A stretch of 64,000 nucleotides of DNA from Phoronis australis (taxonomy: Eukaryota > Animalia > Phoronida): positions 1-64,000 of the forward strand of contig NMRA01000646.1 of the NCBI GenBank assembly GCA_002633005.1, given 5' to 3'. Below are positions 51,789 through 64,000 of this stretch, one piece after another. Position numbers and translations under genes: made by a program. Numbering within the stretch: the first letter of the stretch is position 1; each line of letters opens with the position of its first letter. The notes under the pieces were generated by a model. The model was given only the letters and a program-made list of their open reading frames with translations. It ran no database searches and was not told the origin of the DNA.

Positions 51789-54700
51789 TATTGATTTATA
51801 TTTACCTTTTAAAGAGTTGTGACTCATTAAAATCTATCTAACCTAGAAAATGGAATGTGTATTTTAGGCTCCTCAATTTTTTTATTATTTACTGAACATC
51901 CATGTTGGTTAATAAAGTTGGTTTCTACCTGTAGTCGGCCGACAACGAAGTAGTAAACTTCCTACAATACCTGTGTTCAAATGACGTTGATCAACCAATC
52001 GGCACTGTGATACACACAGGGATGCAGAACAGTCATGGAGGATATGAAAATGATTGTAGTGTCATCCGCCTGGAGCAGTACCAGTAAGTGGTATTCAAGT
52101 TTCCTTTGGTGCTTTTTCATACTTATTCTGGGCTTGTATATTCACTGATCAACGAGGGGTAATAAAACACTTGTCAGGTCGTAAACCTAAATTAGTTAAG
52201 CTGTGTTTGCTTACAAAGGCCAACTGGGACAGTGTATACCAAGAGCAGACTTCACAAAGAACTGCTTTCAATTGGTGAAAGTACAAAAGAAAACTTAATA
52301 CTGGACTTACATTGCACTGAACTTTTATGTTAATTTCATAAAGACTATTGTGTGAAAACAAAAAATTCTGCTAATAGGTGACCTTTGCACTAATGATGTA
52401 CCCGCAGCATGCAGTGTCATTCCTTAACACCACATCATGATACTCAGTGGATACGATTGAGTGATTTACGGTGGATCATTTCTGACACAAAACTCGTTCT
52501 TAAAAACATTTGGCAATTTTCAATATACTTCATGTTCACATCGTGGCTATATGTTGTGTTTCTAACTAAGTTGACTAAGAAATCACTGAGATAAGGATTT
52601 AGGGTGCAAGTTCCACTTTCAGCATTCCGGTGTCCTTTGTCAGGTTTTGCGACTCACAGACCAATTATCTAACACAGTTCAAAGAATTGTTGAACCAAAG
52701 AGAATTACCTTCGTCGACAGATAACAAAGAACGGAAACCTAATACATCTGCTTTGGCTAATTATCAATTTTCTTCGGGGATAAATGATCCTAACCTAACT
52801 TTTTTATGAGGAATACAATTTCAGAAGCCAAACATTGCAAAAATCACCAGGTGTAGCCCACAATGTATATTAGTTTATTTTAGTTTTATTGCTGTGATGC
52901 TTATGCACCATTAGCTATTCTCTGTTCCGTTTGTTTCCATAGTTACCTGATGATCTCACCCACGGCCCAGCAAACACGTTGCCTGCACTGGTTAGCTCGT
53001 CACCAGCCAGTCAACAGCTCTGTTCTCATCAGTAACGTCACCTCAATGTATACAGTAATCAACCTGATTGGCCCACGTGCTCGTGAACTATTGGCAGAGC
53101 TCAGCGACGTGTCCACAAAGGCATTTGACTTTCCACAGATGACGTGTCAGGTAAACTTTTACTAATTATTGTGTTATGGTAAATCTTAGGTTGAAGTTGT
53201 ATTGTCATGGTTTTAACCTATTGAAACGTGTCTGCAAATGTGCTCAAACTCCCGTAGATTACCAAAAAGTCTCATTCGGATGTCTGGATGATTAGACTAC
53301 TCAGTTCTTTTACCACATCCTAGGGTGTATCTTAAAAATGGGCAGAAGTTTTCGAAGCCTGAGGTGTTGACTCTGCCTTCTCCTTCAGTGTAGGTGGCGC
53401 TGTAGGTTATATGTCAGTCATCTAGAATGTGACATGTTATTGAGTATAGTTATATAATGGGTTGTGAATGGTAGATCTTTGATTCCTAATTATTAATTTC
53501 TTTTATTAATGGTGACGTGGTCTTGCTGCTCTTTTTTCTCTGTATTGATCATATGGATTTGGAGTTATTTCCCTTGCTCAGCCTATGTAATATCTGAAAC
53601 AGTGAAAGACAGTTTTTAATTGTTTTTATTAATTTATTCTTTTTAGAGGTACTTTTGAATTTCATAATTACCTTTGTAGCATGGTCCCCATTATATGTAC
53701 TACAATGGTCTGCTCAGCTGCTTGAGTTTTAGTCATGTTCCAAATGTCAAGTCTTTAATGTGTTTATAAATACTTTTTTGAGATGCAGAAGACAGAAAGT
53801 ATGTTGTTGGGCTCCACCTTCAGTGTATGTTTGCTGTTGGGTGCCACCTTCAGTGTATGTTTGCTGTTGGGCGCCACCTTCAGTGTATGTTTGCTGTGGT
53901 GCGCTACCTTCAGTATGTTTCACGATTGCTGTTTCCCCTTCATTTTTCGTTTTACATGATTTTCTTACAGACCATCAATGTTGGAAATGCCAGTGGTATA
54001 TTAGCCATGAGATTGTCTCACACAGGCGAAGATGGCTTCAGTCTCTTTGTACCATCTGAGGTGAGTTTGTGATAAATTTGTCTTCCTGCCCTGTTACCTG
54101 GATTTTTTCAAACAATTGTTTAGTATTTTGCATATTGGCTGATACACCTATGCTTCACAATAGGTGCAGTCAGGTATCCCCTGTGCATATTGGGCATTTT
54201 TGATATTGCCCGTTAGTTCTTGCTCAGGTATTTGTATAGATGCAAATGGGCTTGAATACATGCATTTGAAGACATTGCTTCTTAAATTTTGCTCAAAGGT
54301 TTCACATACTGGGGAATTCACCTAGAACCTAGGTACAGTTTCACATATAGACACATGCCTCTAAGTAGCAGCGTATGGAATAAATTAGAATACTGCTGGT
54401 AGTCATTTTTGGGCTTTGAGGAGGACAACTAGTATGCATAGTGGTTTAGAATTTTGCAGGCAGTTGTAAATCATGGGTGTTGCTCTCACACAATAGACCT
54501 TTTGAAATTGACATGCATGGTCAGTGAAAGTAGTTCTTTGTGAATCCTGTTCATAGTCATACAGCTGTCCCAGTTGGACTGTGTAAGTAAAAATAGCTGA
54601 GCAAAGGGTTTGTGATAATAGTTGATGAGACACTTGTTTTATTATCCCCTATGCATTCTGAATAGATGAGCCCGTAATGGTTGTGCATCTCAGCGTTATT

Positions 54701-56010
54701 TCCATTTTGCACCCTACTGGGTATTTTGGCATGTAAACCAGTCTTTAGTGACAGACATTTTGTCTTTAACAGTACGCCCTGCACGTGTATGACGCCTTGA
54801 TGTTTGCTGGTCAGGATTATGGAATACAGAATGCTGGGTACTACGCACTGCGAAGTTTACGACTAGAAAAGTTCTTTGCCTTCTGGGGTCAGGATCTGAC
54901 CGCATTCACCAACCCCTTCGAATGTCAGAGAGAGTTCAGAGTTAAACTAAACGTGAGGACTTTTAATTTCATTATTTTTACTAGTTTTGTAAAACATTAT
55001 TCAGATTTTGCTCACAAGTTAAGAATGCTGAAGTACCTCCATCTAGTTGTATTTCAAGAGCGGTATCACAATTCAATTGGTTTTGATGAATGGTCTTTAA
55101 TTTAACCCACTGTATGGCAGATGAGTGGAATCGATGAATGCAGACGATTTTTACTTCATCATTTTCATGACTTAATAGTATTGCTCTTCCGGTAATGAGT
55201 AAAGCGACAAAAGCTGTAGCTTAATTGCAAGGCAGAACGCCAGTGGAACGACCCAGCATCAAGTACAGTGGTCAGATAGGTGTATGGTCGGGGCTTGGAA
55301 TTTCCTCTTTTAAGAGGATTTCTTCTTTTTTGGTTTTGATTTCCTCTTATTTGATTTCCAGTTTCCTCTTTTTGTCCCTTTTTTATCATTTAATTGTAAA
55401 AACCTAAGTTTGTTTTTGTTAAATTTTACAGCACAAAAAAGATATTTGTATCACACAAGCCTATTTATATGTGGAACAATATATCGCCTGGGAAATTTTC
55501 CTCTTTTTTGTCATTGGACATTCCAAGCTCTGATGGTGACATTGTTTACTACATATTTTTTCATCAAGTGGTGCTGTGTAGTACTCTTGACTATTGGTGG
55601 TTTGATTGTAGTCTGATATCGACTTTATTGGCAAAGAGGCCCTGCGCAAGATACAGAGACAAGGTGGTGTGGAGAAGAAATTCGTCCAGGTTTTTGTTGA
55701 CCCTAAAAAGATTCAGGGCGAGTCATGGCCATGGGGTGGAGAGCCCATTTATCGTAACGGCAAATACAGTGGCATGACAACATCTGGCTCGTACGGTTAT
55801 GGACTGCACTCCCATGTGTGTCTGGGATATGTTTTTGATCTGGACGAGACAAGTGGGAAAACAAATCTTATTAATAATGATTTTGTTATGGAGAATGCTG
55901 AGTATCAGATCGACGTTGCTGGAACCCGATACCCCTGTCAAGTAGGACTGTATGCACCCAAGACAGGTTCATCTGTGCATGACATTTTTGTGCCAGCTAG
56001 AATGGTTTAA
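35806..56010 (+). CDS. PDPR: Pyruvate dehydrogenase phosphatase regulatory subunit, mitochondrial (GcvT/FAD-dependent oxidoreductase family)
   Basis: Exons: 35806-35903 (putative transit peptide; start and first junction uncertain), 36581-36766 (VVICGGGITG, Rossmann), 37602-37732, 38852-38933, 41532-41613, 42201-42282, 42571-42692, 43248-43362 (duplicate set 39520-41356), 44230-44382, 45259-45383, [46817-47009 or 47429-47621], 50200-50355, 50820-50962, 51935-52083, 52943-53150, 53971-54060, 54773-54952, 55612-56010. PDPR-type motifs are KPHWFDYVGQEYWACR, LQYLCSNDVD..GGYENDCS and WPWGGEPIYRNG. Confidence 0.92.
36821..36920. repeat. ~100-bp palindromic MITE (related copy at 61938-62044)
   Basis: gtgcccgcattttgagaaccagttt..aaactggttcacaaaacgtgggca; the same structure occurs in a DENND11 intron. 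Confidence 0.7.
39355..43356 (+). repeat. ~2-kb tandem duplication of four PDPR exons, joined at a single N (41357)
   Basis: 39355-41356 corresponds to 41360-43356. Copy 1 breaks off inside its fourth exon at the N. Confidence 0.92.
44598..44993. mobile_element. Tc1/mariner-type MITE
   Basis: Termini aggttgtcccaaaaaaattact ... agtacatttttgggacatccct with TA-like flanks. Confidence 0.6.
45713..45853. repeat. Foldback hairpin built from two inverted tRNA-like B-box halves
   Basis: ccaatagtgaat..aaaaatcaggaa.cc.aact versus agtt.gg.ttcctgattttt..attcactattgg. GGTTCGACTCC lies on - and GGTTCAATTTC on +. Confidence 0.7.
46817..47009 (+). CDS. PDPR: PDPR alternative exon A (mutually exclusive)
   Basis: cag|GTG...TCA G|gtaaac, 193 nt, phase 0 to 1. 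Encodes VENYFVAAGMHCNGISTAGGVGQRMAELLVNGKPGVELWCLDVRRFVETNNNKKYLKERVTDSS. Confidence 0.88.
47008..47386 (+). promoter_or_regulatory. Candidate intronic RNA stem controlling exon A/B choice
   Basis: 47035-47053 accaatgaaagcatttgga is complementary (18/19) to 47351-47369 tccaaatgctttccttggt. The outer helix pairs 47008-47016 aggtaaaca (the donor) with 47378-47386 tgtttactt. Confidence 0.65.
47429..47621 (+). CDS. PDPR: PDPR alternative exon B (mutually exclusive)
   Basis: tag|GTC...CTA G|gtattg, 193 nt, phase 0 to 1. Encodes VKNYFTAAGMCGSGVTVAGGVGQQIAELIIHVLPSVCIWPIDIRRFVDLHNNSKYLKERVRETL. Confidence 0.88.
51449..51571. mobile_element. Short MITE (GGGGC...GCCC termini)
   Basis: caggggctcattccagaaaac ... 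gtttcttggaacaggccctg; a related end occurs near 60958. Confidence 0.45.
51762..51797. repeat. (ATTG)n microsatellite
   Basis: Visible attgattgattg run. Confidence 0.9.
53798..53920. repeat. 30-bp minisatellite, ~4 copies, just upstream of a PDPR acceptor
   Basis: agtgtatgtttgctgttgggcgccaccttc units. Confidence 0.92.
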
Positions 56011-59000
56011 GTTTGTGTTGTTTTTGTTCAATTATTACTTATTTGTAATGTTTTGATAAGCTTTCCTTGAGGAATGCCACGATCATGTCAATGTGAATCT
56101 AATTAAATATGTGAATAGTAGAAGTGTCTCGGACATTTTTTTCAAGAAACATCGCTTGCGACCTATTGTTTCCGAGATACTCACTCGGTTTATACATTAC
56201 AAGCCAAAAGTATTTAGACAAATCCACTTGGAGTTCCTCCGTCGTGACGACTGGGCAGAAGCGGAATTCATCGTCTCATTAATCTTCTCTCTTGACTGAG
56301 AATGAAGGTGAATTAGTAGGAAAGTTTGTAAAGTGGAACAGCCATTCTGCAATTAGAATTTCGCAGCCCTTATAGTATTGTTAGTCATTTGTGCTGTTAA
56401 CAGAACTGTCCGTCATGACAGGGAAAGGGATTTTGTCTGATTACTTCTGTATTGTACTCTAGGAACACAACACATGTGTCTAGGCAAGTGTACTACGATA
56501 TTTATTTACATATTTTAAAACTTTAATATCCCCATGTGACTGGAACATCTGAACTAAATTCTCTTGTAACATTCCTTCCATTTCATGAAATTCTGGACAA
56601 ACTGAATGATTTTGGATGAAGTCAATTTCAGGTTATTGGCAGCATGTATAGCCCAAGGATGGTTGATGTCTAAAAGTATGAAATTTTGTGACAAGAAATT
56701 ACCTTTCTTGTCTCAAAAGGAATTGCAATGAGGTCATTTGAAGGCTTCCCAATGAGCATAAGTTTACAAAGATATGCAAATGTGTTCATGTTTGTCACAT
56801 TTTCTTAAACGCGACTTTTTAGAAGGAATGAGAAACCAAGTAAGACAAAAAGTTGAGAGTTTCACACATTTTGTTTTGACCTATTTCGGGGTTGAATTGC
56901 TTCCTTAAAAGTAAATTCTTTCATTGATTGTCTATTCCATTCTTATGTTAAACAATTGTATGTTATTTAGAAATCAGTCCTAGAAACAAAAGAAAACGTA
57001 GCATTTAATCGCTGATTTTATTCAGTGGTATATTTCACATTGCAACAATTACATCTTGATAAATATCAATATGTCTGTACAAAAATAAAGGCAGCATGCA
57101 ATTTCATGCAAACAATATTGCACTGGAAGAGCTTGATACATACAACAAAATATCAATGTTTGGAACATCATCATAATACACCATAGAACGACCTGCATAA
57201 GTCAGATCTTTTCTCAACACAAATTGCAGTACAATAGTTCTACTTTAAGCACGTGAAACTTCAGACCAGTCGTATTTGGCTTTGCTCTCATAATATGTCC
57301 GGGTCTGGTTGGATCCAGCTGATAGTGAACCATTTCACTGTATGTTATTTACACACAGGATCAATACGCCATTTGAATTACATGTTAGTAAATGAATGAA
57401 GCACTGAATATTAAAGTTCAGGGCTGATACATTTAGCACCGAATATTTGCGGATGGGGTTACTTTTGGCATATTCGCTCACCATTGTTTTAAAAATTTCG
57501 AAGATTAAAATCTGGTTCGTCTGCAATTCATCACCAGGTGGTGGCATCTCGACTGAAAATCGCTCGCGATTCAACCTCACATACACAAGCTCACAAAATC
57601 ATTTAATATTTACAATGTTGTATCAATTGAGAAACAGAAACTTGCAACAAAACAAAAAGGGACCGGTGTTTCTGACTGGCAGTCACACCTTTTCTCACAA
57701 AACTACTGTCATGATAGGGGACTCTCTATTGGTGCTCTTTACAGTAATGAGAGCATAAAAGTGACTTCCAATTGATCCCGACTCAGAACTGGTGGAGAGA
57801 AGTTCACTTATCCTAGTGGTTCATTTATTCAAAAGCGGAGGAATAAACTCCACTGTCAGTCCCTCCCATTGTTTGACTAGTTAAAGTTCACTAATTTATT
57901 TTTAGCTTTGACACTGGCTGGGGTGGAAATTCTCCCCCTTTATCAACCACAGCCACTGGCTCTGTGAAGGATATATCTTCGCAGTGGGAAATGTACGGAA
58001 CATGATGTCCTTGTTCATCCTTTGATATTTCAAAAAGTTAGCTTTTTTGTAAGACAGTACATTCCACAGCTGAGGTAATTAACGGGTATAATAGCAGGAA
58101 ACGAAGGTATTAAAACGCTGTTTACACCAGTATACCGTCTGCATAACACGATCTGGAGGTGGTGCTGAACACCTGTCCACCAAAGACATGGTGGGTTAGT
58201 GAATTTCGATATGGCGCGGCTATTTCAAAAGTCTGCTATTGAGGATGACTTTAATTTCTTTTTGATCAAATCTCGTCCATTTCACATCAGTCGCCACGAC
58301 ACTCATTTTTAGTGTATAAAATTGAGGACACTTTACTGTACACCATGACATGTTAAAATAGTGCAGTTACGAGCACAGCCCGAGCTGAGACAGTCACACA
58401 TGATAAATACCCATTTAACGTGTAACGGACAACTGTGTTGTCCAATTTTGACTGAAGAGCACGTACTTGGGTTTATAGCTTTGACAATATCCATAATGAC
58501 ATTTTTACAAAATGGCCCGTTTTCAGATTGAAGTACAGTACAAGACAAAAGTAATCGGACAAAATAAATGTAAACATGTAATCCAGTTAACAAATAAAAT
58601 GACTGGTACTAAATGTTAGGGCTGTAAAAATATAATTACAAAATGACTCGGCCACCTTACTAACTTTCCTGTTAATTCCCTGTTCATTTTCAGTTATGAG
58701 GAAAGATTACTCTGATGATAAATTTGGCTTCGTGACAGGGAATCAAGGGTCATTTTGCCTGATTACTTATGTCTTGTATTGATGCCTTGACCACTACACT
58801 TACACGACTTTTAGTGTGGTCTTTTTCACAAAATAATCCCTGCTCTTCAAATAATATTTTCTTATCGTCTAAGACTCATTTCCAAATAAAAGGTAATTCT
58901 TAGCATAAATTATCTCCATCAACTTCCAGTAAGCAATAATTGTTGACGATAATACTGCGAACACAAAACAATTCATATCTCAGAATCAACTATTTGCGTG

Positions 59001-59049
59001 CTATTCAAAACAAAAATTCGAAGCATTCCTCCATATCTGTTTTACAAGC

Positions 59050-59340
59050 CCTTATTACTTGTCTCGTTCAATTATATACACATATCATTACTACAATACA
59101 GTTTATCAGCTCGTTGCTATTCCCCATTCGGACTTATCTCCCTAACTGTAACCTCATTCTGATTTATCTCCCCCACTCTACACGACCTCACCGTCACAAT
59201 TTTAAGTATCACAGGCACTCAGAAGCTACCTTCTTCCTGTCCACCTTTATTCTCTGGAATTGTTTTCCTACCTAGATGGTGGTTAACCACAATTTGGAGT
59301 CTTTTCAAGAGCTGACAACACACTTCTAGTTCTAAATAAA
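59050..59340 (+). mobile_element. CR1/L2-type LINE 3' fragment
   Basis: TFFLSTFILWNCFPT*MVVNHNLESFQ resembles the CR1/L2 ORF2 C-terminal SFFPRTI..WN.LP..VV...L..FK motif; AATAAA follows. Confidence 0.6.
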
Positions 59341-60485
59341 TTATGTCAATTAAATACTATTCTTCACGTCTTTTATTTTGTTCACAGCACTTTTACCAGT
59401 TTGTTGCTAACCTATGGGCCAACTTAGCCTCAATTAAATAAGGTATTGATCCCAGGTCTTGGAGAAGAAGGTAGCAAAGACAAGTTAATCATAACACAAA
59501 TGGCCATGACCCAAACTATAAACTGGACACAATTTTATGATCGATTGGAGAAGGCTGTTACCCACTCACATTGTTGGGATGTTGTCCTGGTAATGAAAAC
59601 AAGCATCTTGCTTCATTAAAAGGATACCAAACCCGGTTTTGCCCCATTAACAGATACGAAAAATGAATTTCCCATCCAGTTCTCTGAAACAAATTAATGT
59701 TCCGTAACCCTTGGCAACCCTCAAAAGTTTGTAGGAAAACTTTTGAAAACTCCTTTCCAAAAAAACACCCACCACGAACCATAATGTCCAATCTGTGACA
59801 TAGAGAGAATAAGTTTTTAGTTGATTCCTGTCTTTTACTTGGAAGGACGACGCCAATGATTTATTAGCAGGTGACGGAACGAGGACTGGTTGAAATCGTC
59901 AAAACCAGTTTTAGAATCCTTTTCAGAAATTATCATCTTAACACCATCAGCTAAATTTGTACGGCCGTGAATTCACGTCATCCACCAAACAAGTTTGCCC
60001 AGGAATTTCGATGGACTCAAGAGAGCATGTGGCTACTAGGGACAGTCTATCATGGTCAAACAGCATTAAGTATTATTTAGCCACTTACAAAAATTACAGA
60101 ACCTTTTGTCAGCAAATTTTGCCATCAGAGATTTTGTCTTTTTAAAGCAGCATTTTGCTCCTGTTAAGCTGTCAATAAGTTGAATTCTTAACCAAAGGAC
60201 TTTGGCATTTAAAACATTACCACATCCATACCATCTTGAATTGGTGACGCATGAGTCAGCAACTCAAGTCAATGTTTTGATGTTCTTGCTCGTAACAAAA
60301 ATAGAATCCTATCACGGTGAAAATGATTACCAGACCAATGTTGTGAGCATAAAATGACTAATTGTTTTTTCGTTTTAATGAAATGCAGCTTGAAGGACAG
60401 TTCTACTAGTGACAACCCAAGCAAAAGAATCGTAGCCTAATGGCAACTTTACAGAAGAGTAGTCATCAGTTTGATGTCCCAACAT

Positions 60486-63400
60486 TCACCGAGGACAGCA
60501 GGAATTGTCCACCATAAGCATAACATCAATGGCGTAGGTCTCGACGAGCTCCATCAGGAACGCCCGGTCCCCGACAGAATCCAAACCCATGGAGTCCATG
60601 TGTTCAGAAGTCAACTGCTTGTCTTGTGACATGGACACATCTAGCAGTGTTTGGAACAATCTGTTGTTGAGCTCCGTAAAGTAGCTACAAGTAATATTGT
60701 ACATTTTACGACGAAACTGAGTTTGGTCTGGCAGAATTTATGGCGTAACAAAATTAACACTGTTACAAGACCAATTTAAATTGTGGCTTAACTTTAAACA
60801 ACGTTAAATAAATGTTATTACTGGTCAGGAATAACTTTTTTCAACTAAGCAATAACGCATCTTTAACATGAAAAGTTTTATCCTTTGAGGACCAGAGCAG
60901 ACATGGAATGTCCTTGCAACAAGCAAGCAGGCAGCTAGACAAAAATGAGCGTAAGACCAGGGGTCCAATTCAGAAACTGACTTAAGACTTATGAAACAAA
61001 TTTGGTCTTTCGCTCACACTTCAGATTTAATCAAGTAATTACAAGTGCATCACAAGTCTTTATTTTTACAGCCCATGTCTCCATTATTCGAAGGAAAATA
61101 TGAGACATCACTACAGAGCATAAGTCATGGGCGATGCAGCACTGAAAAAAATGGGGGGCCGATAGCTCCCAGCCCCCCTGTGGTGCACCGCTCATAGACT
61201 ATGGGTGGCGCAGCACTAAAAAAAGTGGGGCTATAGCCCCCCAGCCCCTTATGGTGCGCTGTCCCTGTAAGTGTGCAAAGTTTTATGCAAATCAACCAAG
61301 TTGTCACAACACTCTTAAGAGAAATTGATGTTCAAATCTCCTACAAGGGTCGAAAATATCTAACTACAATTTGTCACCTAATTAAAATCAATTGGAAGTT
61401 GTCCTAAACAACTCGCATATTTGGGGCATAATTAATGCATGATGTGTTATGCATAGCAATGAAAAATACAGATATGATTTAAATAATACAATATGATTGC
61501 AAATATTGAATTTTTGAATAAAAAAATGACTAATGTTTCAAAAACTCCTCAACAAAACAAAATACCACATTGTGATAAACAAAAGGCACTATAACAGTTG
61601 CTAACCCTAACTCACTGGAAGGTGAACATTCAGCCACAACATTTCCAGTATATGCCAACCGTAGAAAAAAAAAATAAAATGCTGATGAGTATTTTCTGAG
61701 CTCATTAATATCCTCAACATGTGGCCAAAATTCAGTGTTAGTCCGGTGTCTGTAAGCTGTGCCTGTTCATGTTATTTACCTTATGAACATTTCTTCATCA
61801 TCTTCATCAGCACCACCATCCCCAGACTCCAATTTTCTGTACAGATTCAATGACCTATAACAGCATCATACACGAGTCGTTGGATTAATATTCACCACAT
61901 GGGCACACATACACATAATTCATACTATACATTAAGGTAGCAGTCAGAAACAACGTGCCCACATTTAGAGAACCAGTATTCTCTACTAAATAACGCCATC
62001 AAACTGGTTCTCAAAATGCAGGCACATTATATCTGACTATTGCCTGCATTAACATGAACAGTTTGCTTCGTATCCGCCTCACAAAATATATTCTATCAGT
62101 GAATAATGCCAACCAGAAACAAGACAAAATATATCACAGGTACTTTGGCATAAAAAGAATGATGTCATATTTACCTTTACAGGTCAATGCCAAAAGTCTG
62201 TTATCAATTTTCTACCAAAAGAAAATATGTACCGCATTTGTTCGGGTTAAAGAATAAGTTGGCTTAAAGATTCAAAAAGGACGCAACTCAGTTAACTTTG
62301 AGAAACAGATTCAGTGGCACCTTGCCATATTTGGGAGAAGTAGACACAAGACCATTTTTTTGGTTCATGTGAATTTTAACATATTACAAAAAATGGTGAA
62401 GGCAAATTTGCATGAGAAAATTGACCAATTGAGTAAATGCCTATACTCAGCTTCTCAAAAATTTCCTTTTAAACGCCCATTCTTGGCTTAACACCAACCT
62501 CAGGATTTTTCAATTTCCCCATTTCAGCAACCTGTGAGTTAACTCAGAGAAGAGTGGTGAGTAAGAGTTCAAGTAACACAGCGAGCACTACACACTGAAT
62601 TGTGATCTTGTGACTTTAGAACTACTTTTATAGAAATAATGTTGTTAATTATCGGTGGTCTGGAAATCCCCGCCAGTACCCCGACGAAGGACCCAGGACA
62701 GGCCCAACAGCAAGTTCCTTAAATTGATTATGTAATGACGCCACTTATGAATATTCGTTCAACTACTTTTCTTATAGTGTAATGAATGTTCATAACTTAG
62801 CCACGTGACTGGGAGATCCCCACCATTCCACGACAAAACGGGCCTGAAAGCTAGACTATCAAATATAACCAGGCTGCCGATAGGTAACAATCATTAATTA
62901 TTTCAATATTTTTTACATTTTCTTATCACATATTAAGGGTGATTTGCTCTTATTGTGATAACTCCTTAAGGTGTGAGGAATCAAAAAAAGTAATTTGTAT
63001 ATTATCATGGAAGTCTTGAAAACTTTAAAGACAATGTTTATTATTTACCTTTGGTTGTTAAGCTTGGTGAATTTATCCTTGTCAGCACTGGAGACGCTGA
63101 TAATTTCCTTCAACACAGGAGAGTTTGCTGTCACATTCTGGTTGTCTACATACACATCATAAAGACCTGTCTTATGCTGGAATATACTCTCTGTTGTACC
63201 TAAAATATTAATTCAATCTCCGTGACAAGAAAGCACTCAGAGATTGCAGAGATTTACCAAGGCGTCATAGTCCATGTGTAATGTATTACCAGCACAATGC
63301 ACATTATATCCATAAGCAGACGTGCTGAACATGTAGACTGTCTTGATCGATTATAGTAAAGACAGAGGGCGTGTGCACTAATGGTATTATAATTCATAAC

Positions 63401-63671
63401 AATACTGAATGTTACTTTGTATTTCAATGGTCTTTTAATGGACATAATGCCGGGGACCAATCTCAAAACCTAATAGACTGACTATGGCCCAAATGGCTTT
63501 TGAAATCCCAAATAAAGGAATTATAAACACAACTAAGAAACTCACAGGCTACGTATGATAGTTCATTCTCCAAACTGTCGATGTCGGCAACGTTCACATA
63601 GAAGTAAGGCTTCAGGTCGGTGGTGTTGATGCCCGGCATGTGGTGCATAGCCAAACAGCAGGCACAGTAAA
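60486..63671 (-). CDS. DENND11: DENN domain-containing protein 11 (KIAA1147/LCHN), last four exons; gene continues beyond the window
   Basis: Exons 63671-63546 ([22 protein letters not shown]), 63199-63049 ([18 protein letters not shown]), 61854-61780 and 60684-60486 ([40 protein letters not shown]). Phases are consistent. Confidence 0.93.
61126..61267. repeat. Two tandem ~72-bp GC-rich MITE-like units
   Basis: atggg..gcagcact.aaaaaa.tgggg..atagc.cccagcccc.t.tggtgc repeated twice. Confidence 0.7.
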
Positions 63672-64000
63672 CTATAACATGCGAGAGATAATTAGGGTTG
63701 AAGCACACGTCACAGTGAGCAACAAGACATGGTAGGTACCGTGAAGCTTCTAATACAAGCCTAGGCATTTATTAATTTCAAAAAAGCATAACAAGCTGAG
63801 AGGAAGCTGAGTCACCCACAGGTAAACTTTGACAGAAAAACATTACGGTAAAAATTCTCCAGAATTTGGGACACGGAAACTCCTACAAAAACTGAGTTTT
63901 CTTTATTCTGGAATTTGAGACAAGGGTGATTTTGGCATGCGGCTAACATGATTTCAATGTGCACAGTGGGTAATTTTGCTGTCTTTCTGCCAATTCTAGA

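Noticed and set aside
53760-54059. Cys-rich repeat ORF (PPSVYVCCW)n
   Set aside because: It is a translation of the intronic 30-bp minisatellite and is out of frame with the PDPR exon at 53971.
55080-55170. Intronic C/D snoRNA candidate
   Set aside because: A TGATGA C-box-like motif is present, but no convincing terminal CTGA D box or terminal stem.
35806-56010. Calling the flavoprotein SARDH or DMGDH
   Set aside because: KPxWFD..EY..CR, LQYLCSNDVD, GGYENDCS and WPWGGEPIYRNG fit PDPR better.

Overview
Eukaryotic, intron-rich, AT-rich invertebrate DNA (lophotrochozoan-like by impression only). It comes from a draft scaffold with single-N joins at 4825, 15832 and 41357 and a 297-N gap at 22160-22456. 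The left ~24 kb is a transposon graveyard: an ISL2EU-like element starting exactly at base 1, BEL/Pao LTR fragments, two degenerate Kolobok elements with tail-to-tail KolX remnants, YqaJ fragments and an RTE LINE tail. It surrounds a disabled intronless sex-peptide-receptor-like GPCR. The right ~40 kb holds three conserved genes: NUDCD1 (minus, 9 coding exons), head-to-head with PDPR (plus), and the 3' end of DENND11 (minus). The main finding is in PDPR, which has two paralogous 193-nt exons (46817-47009 and 47429-47621; 35/64 aa identical, same phases, both intact) that must be mutually exclusively spliced. The intron between them carries an 18/19-bp inverted repeat plus a helix that sequesters the exon A 5' splice site, a candidate RNA-structure switch choosing between two versions of part of the FAD-binding fold. 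A 2-kb four-exon duplication in PDPR and a duplication across the N-gap are probably assembly or haplotype artefacts.
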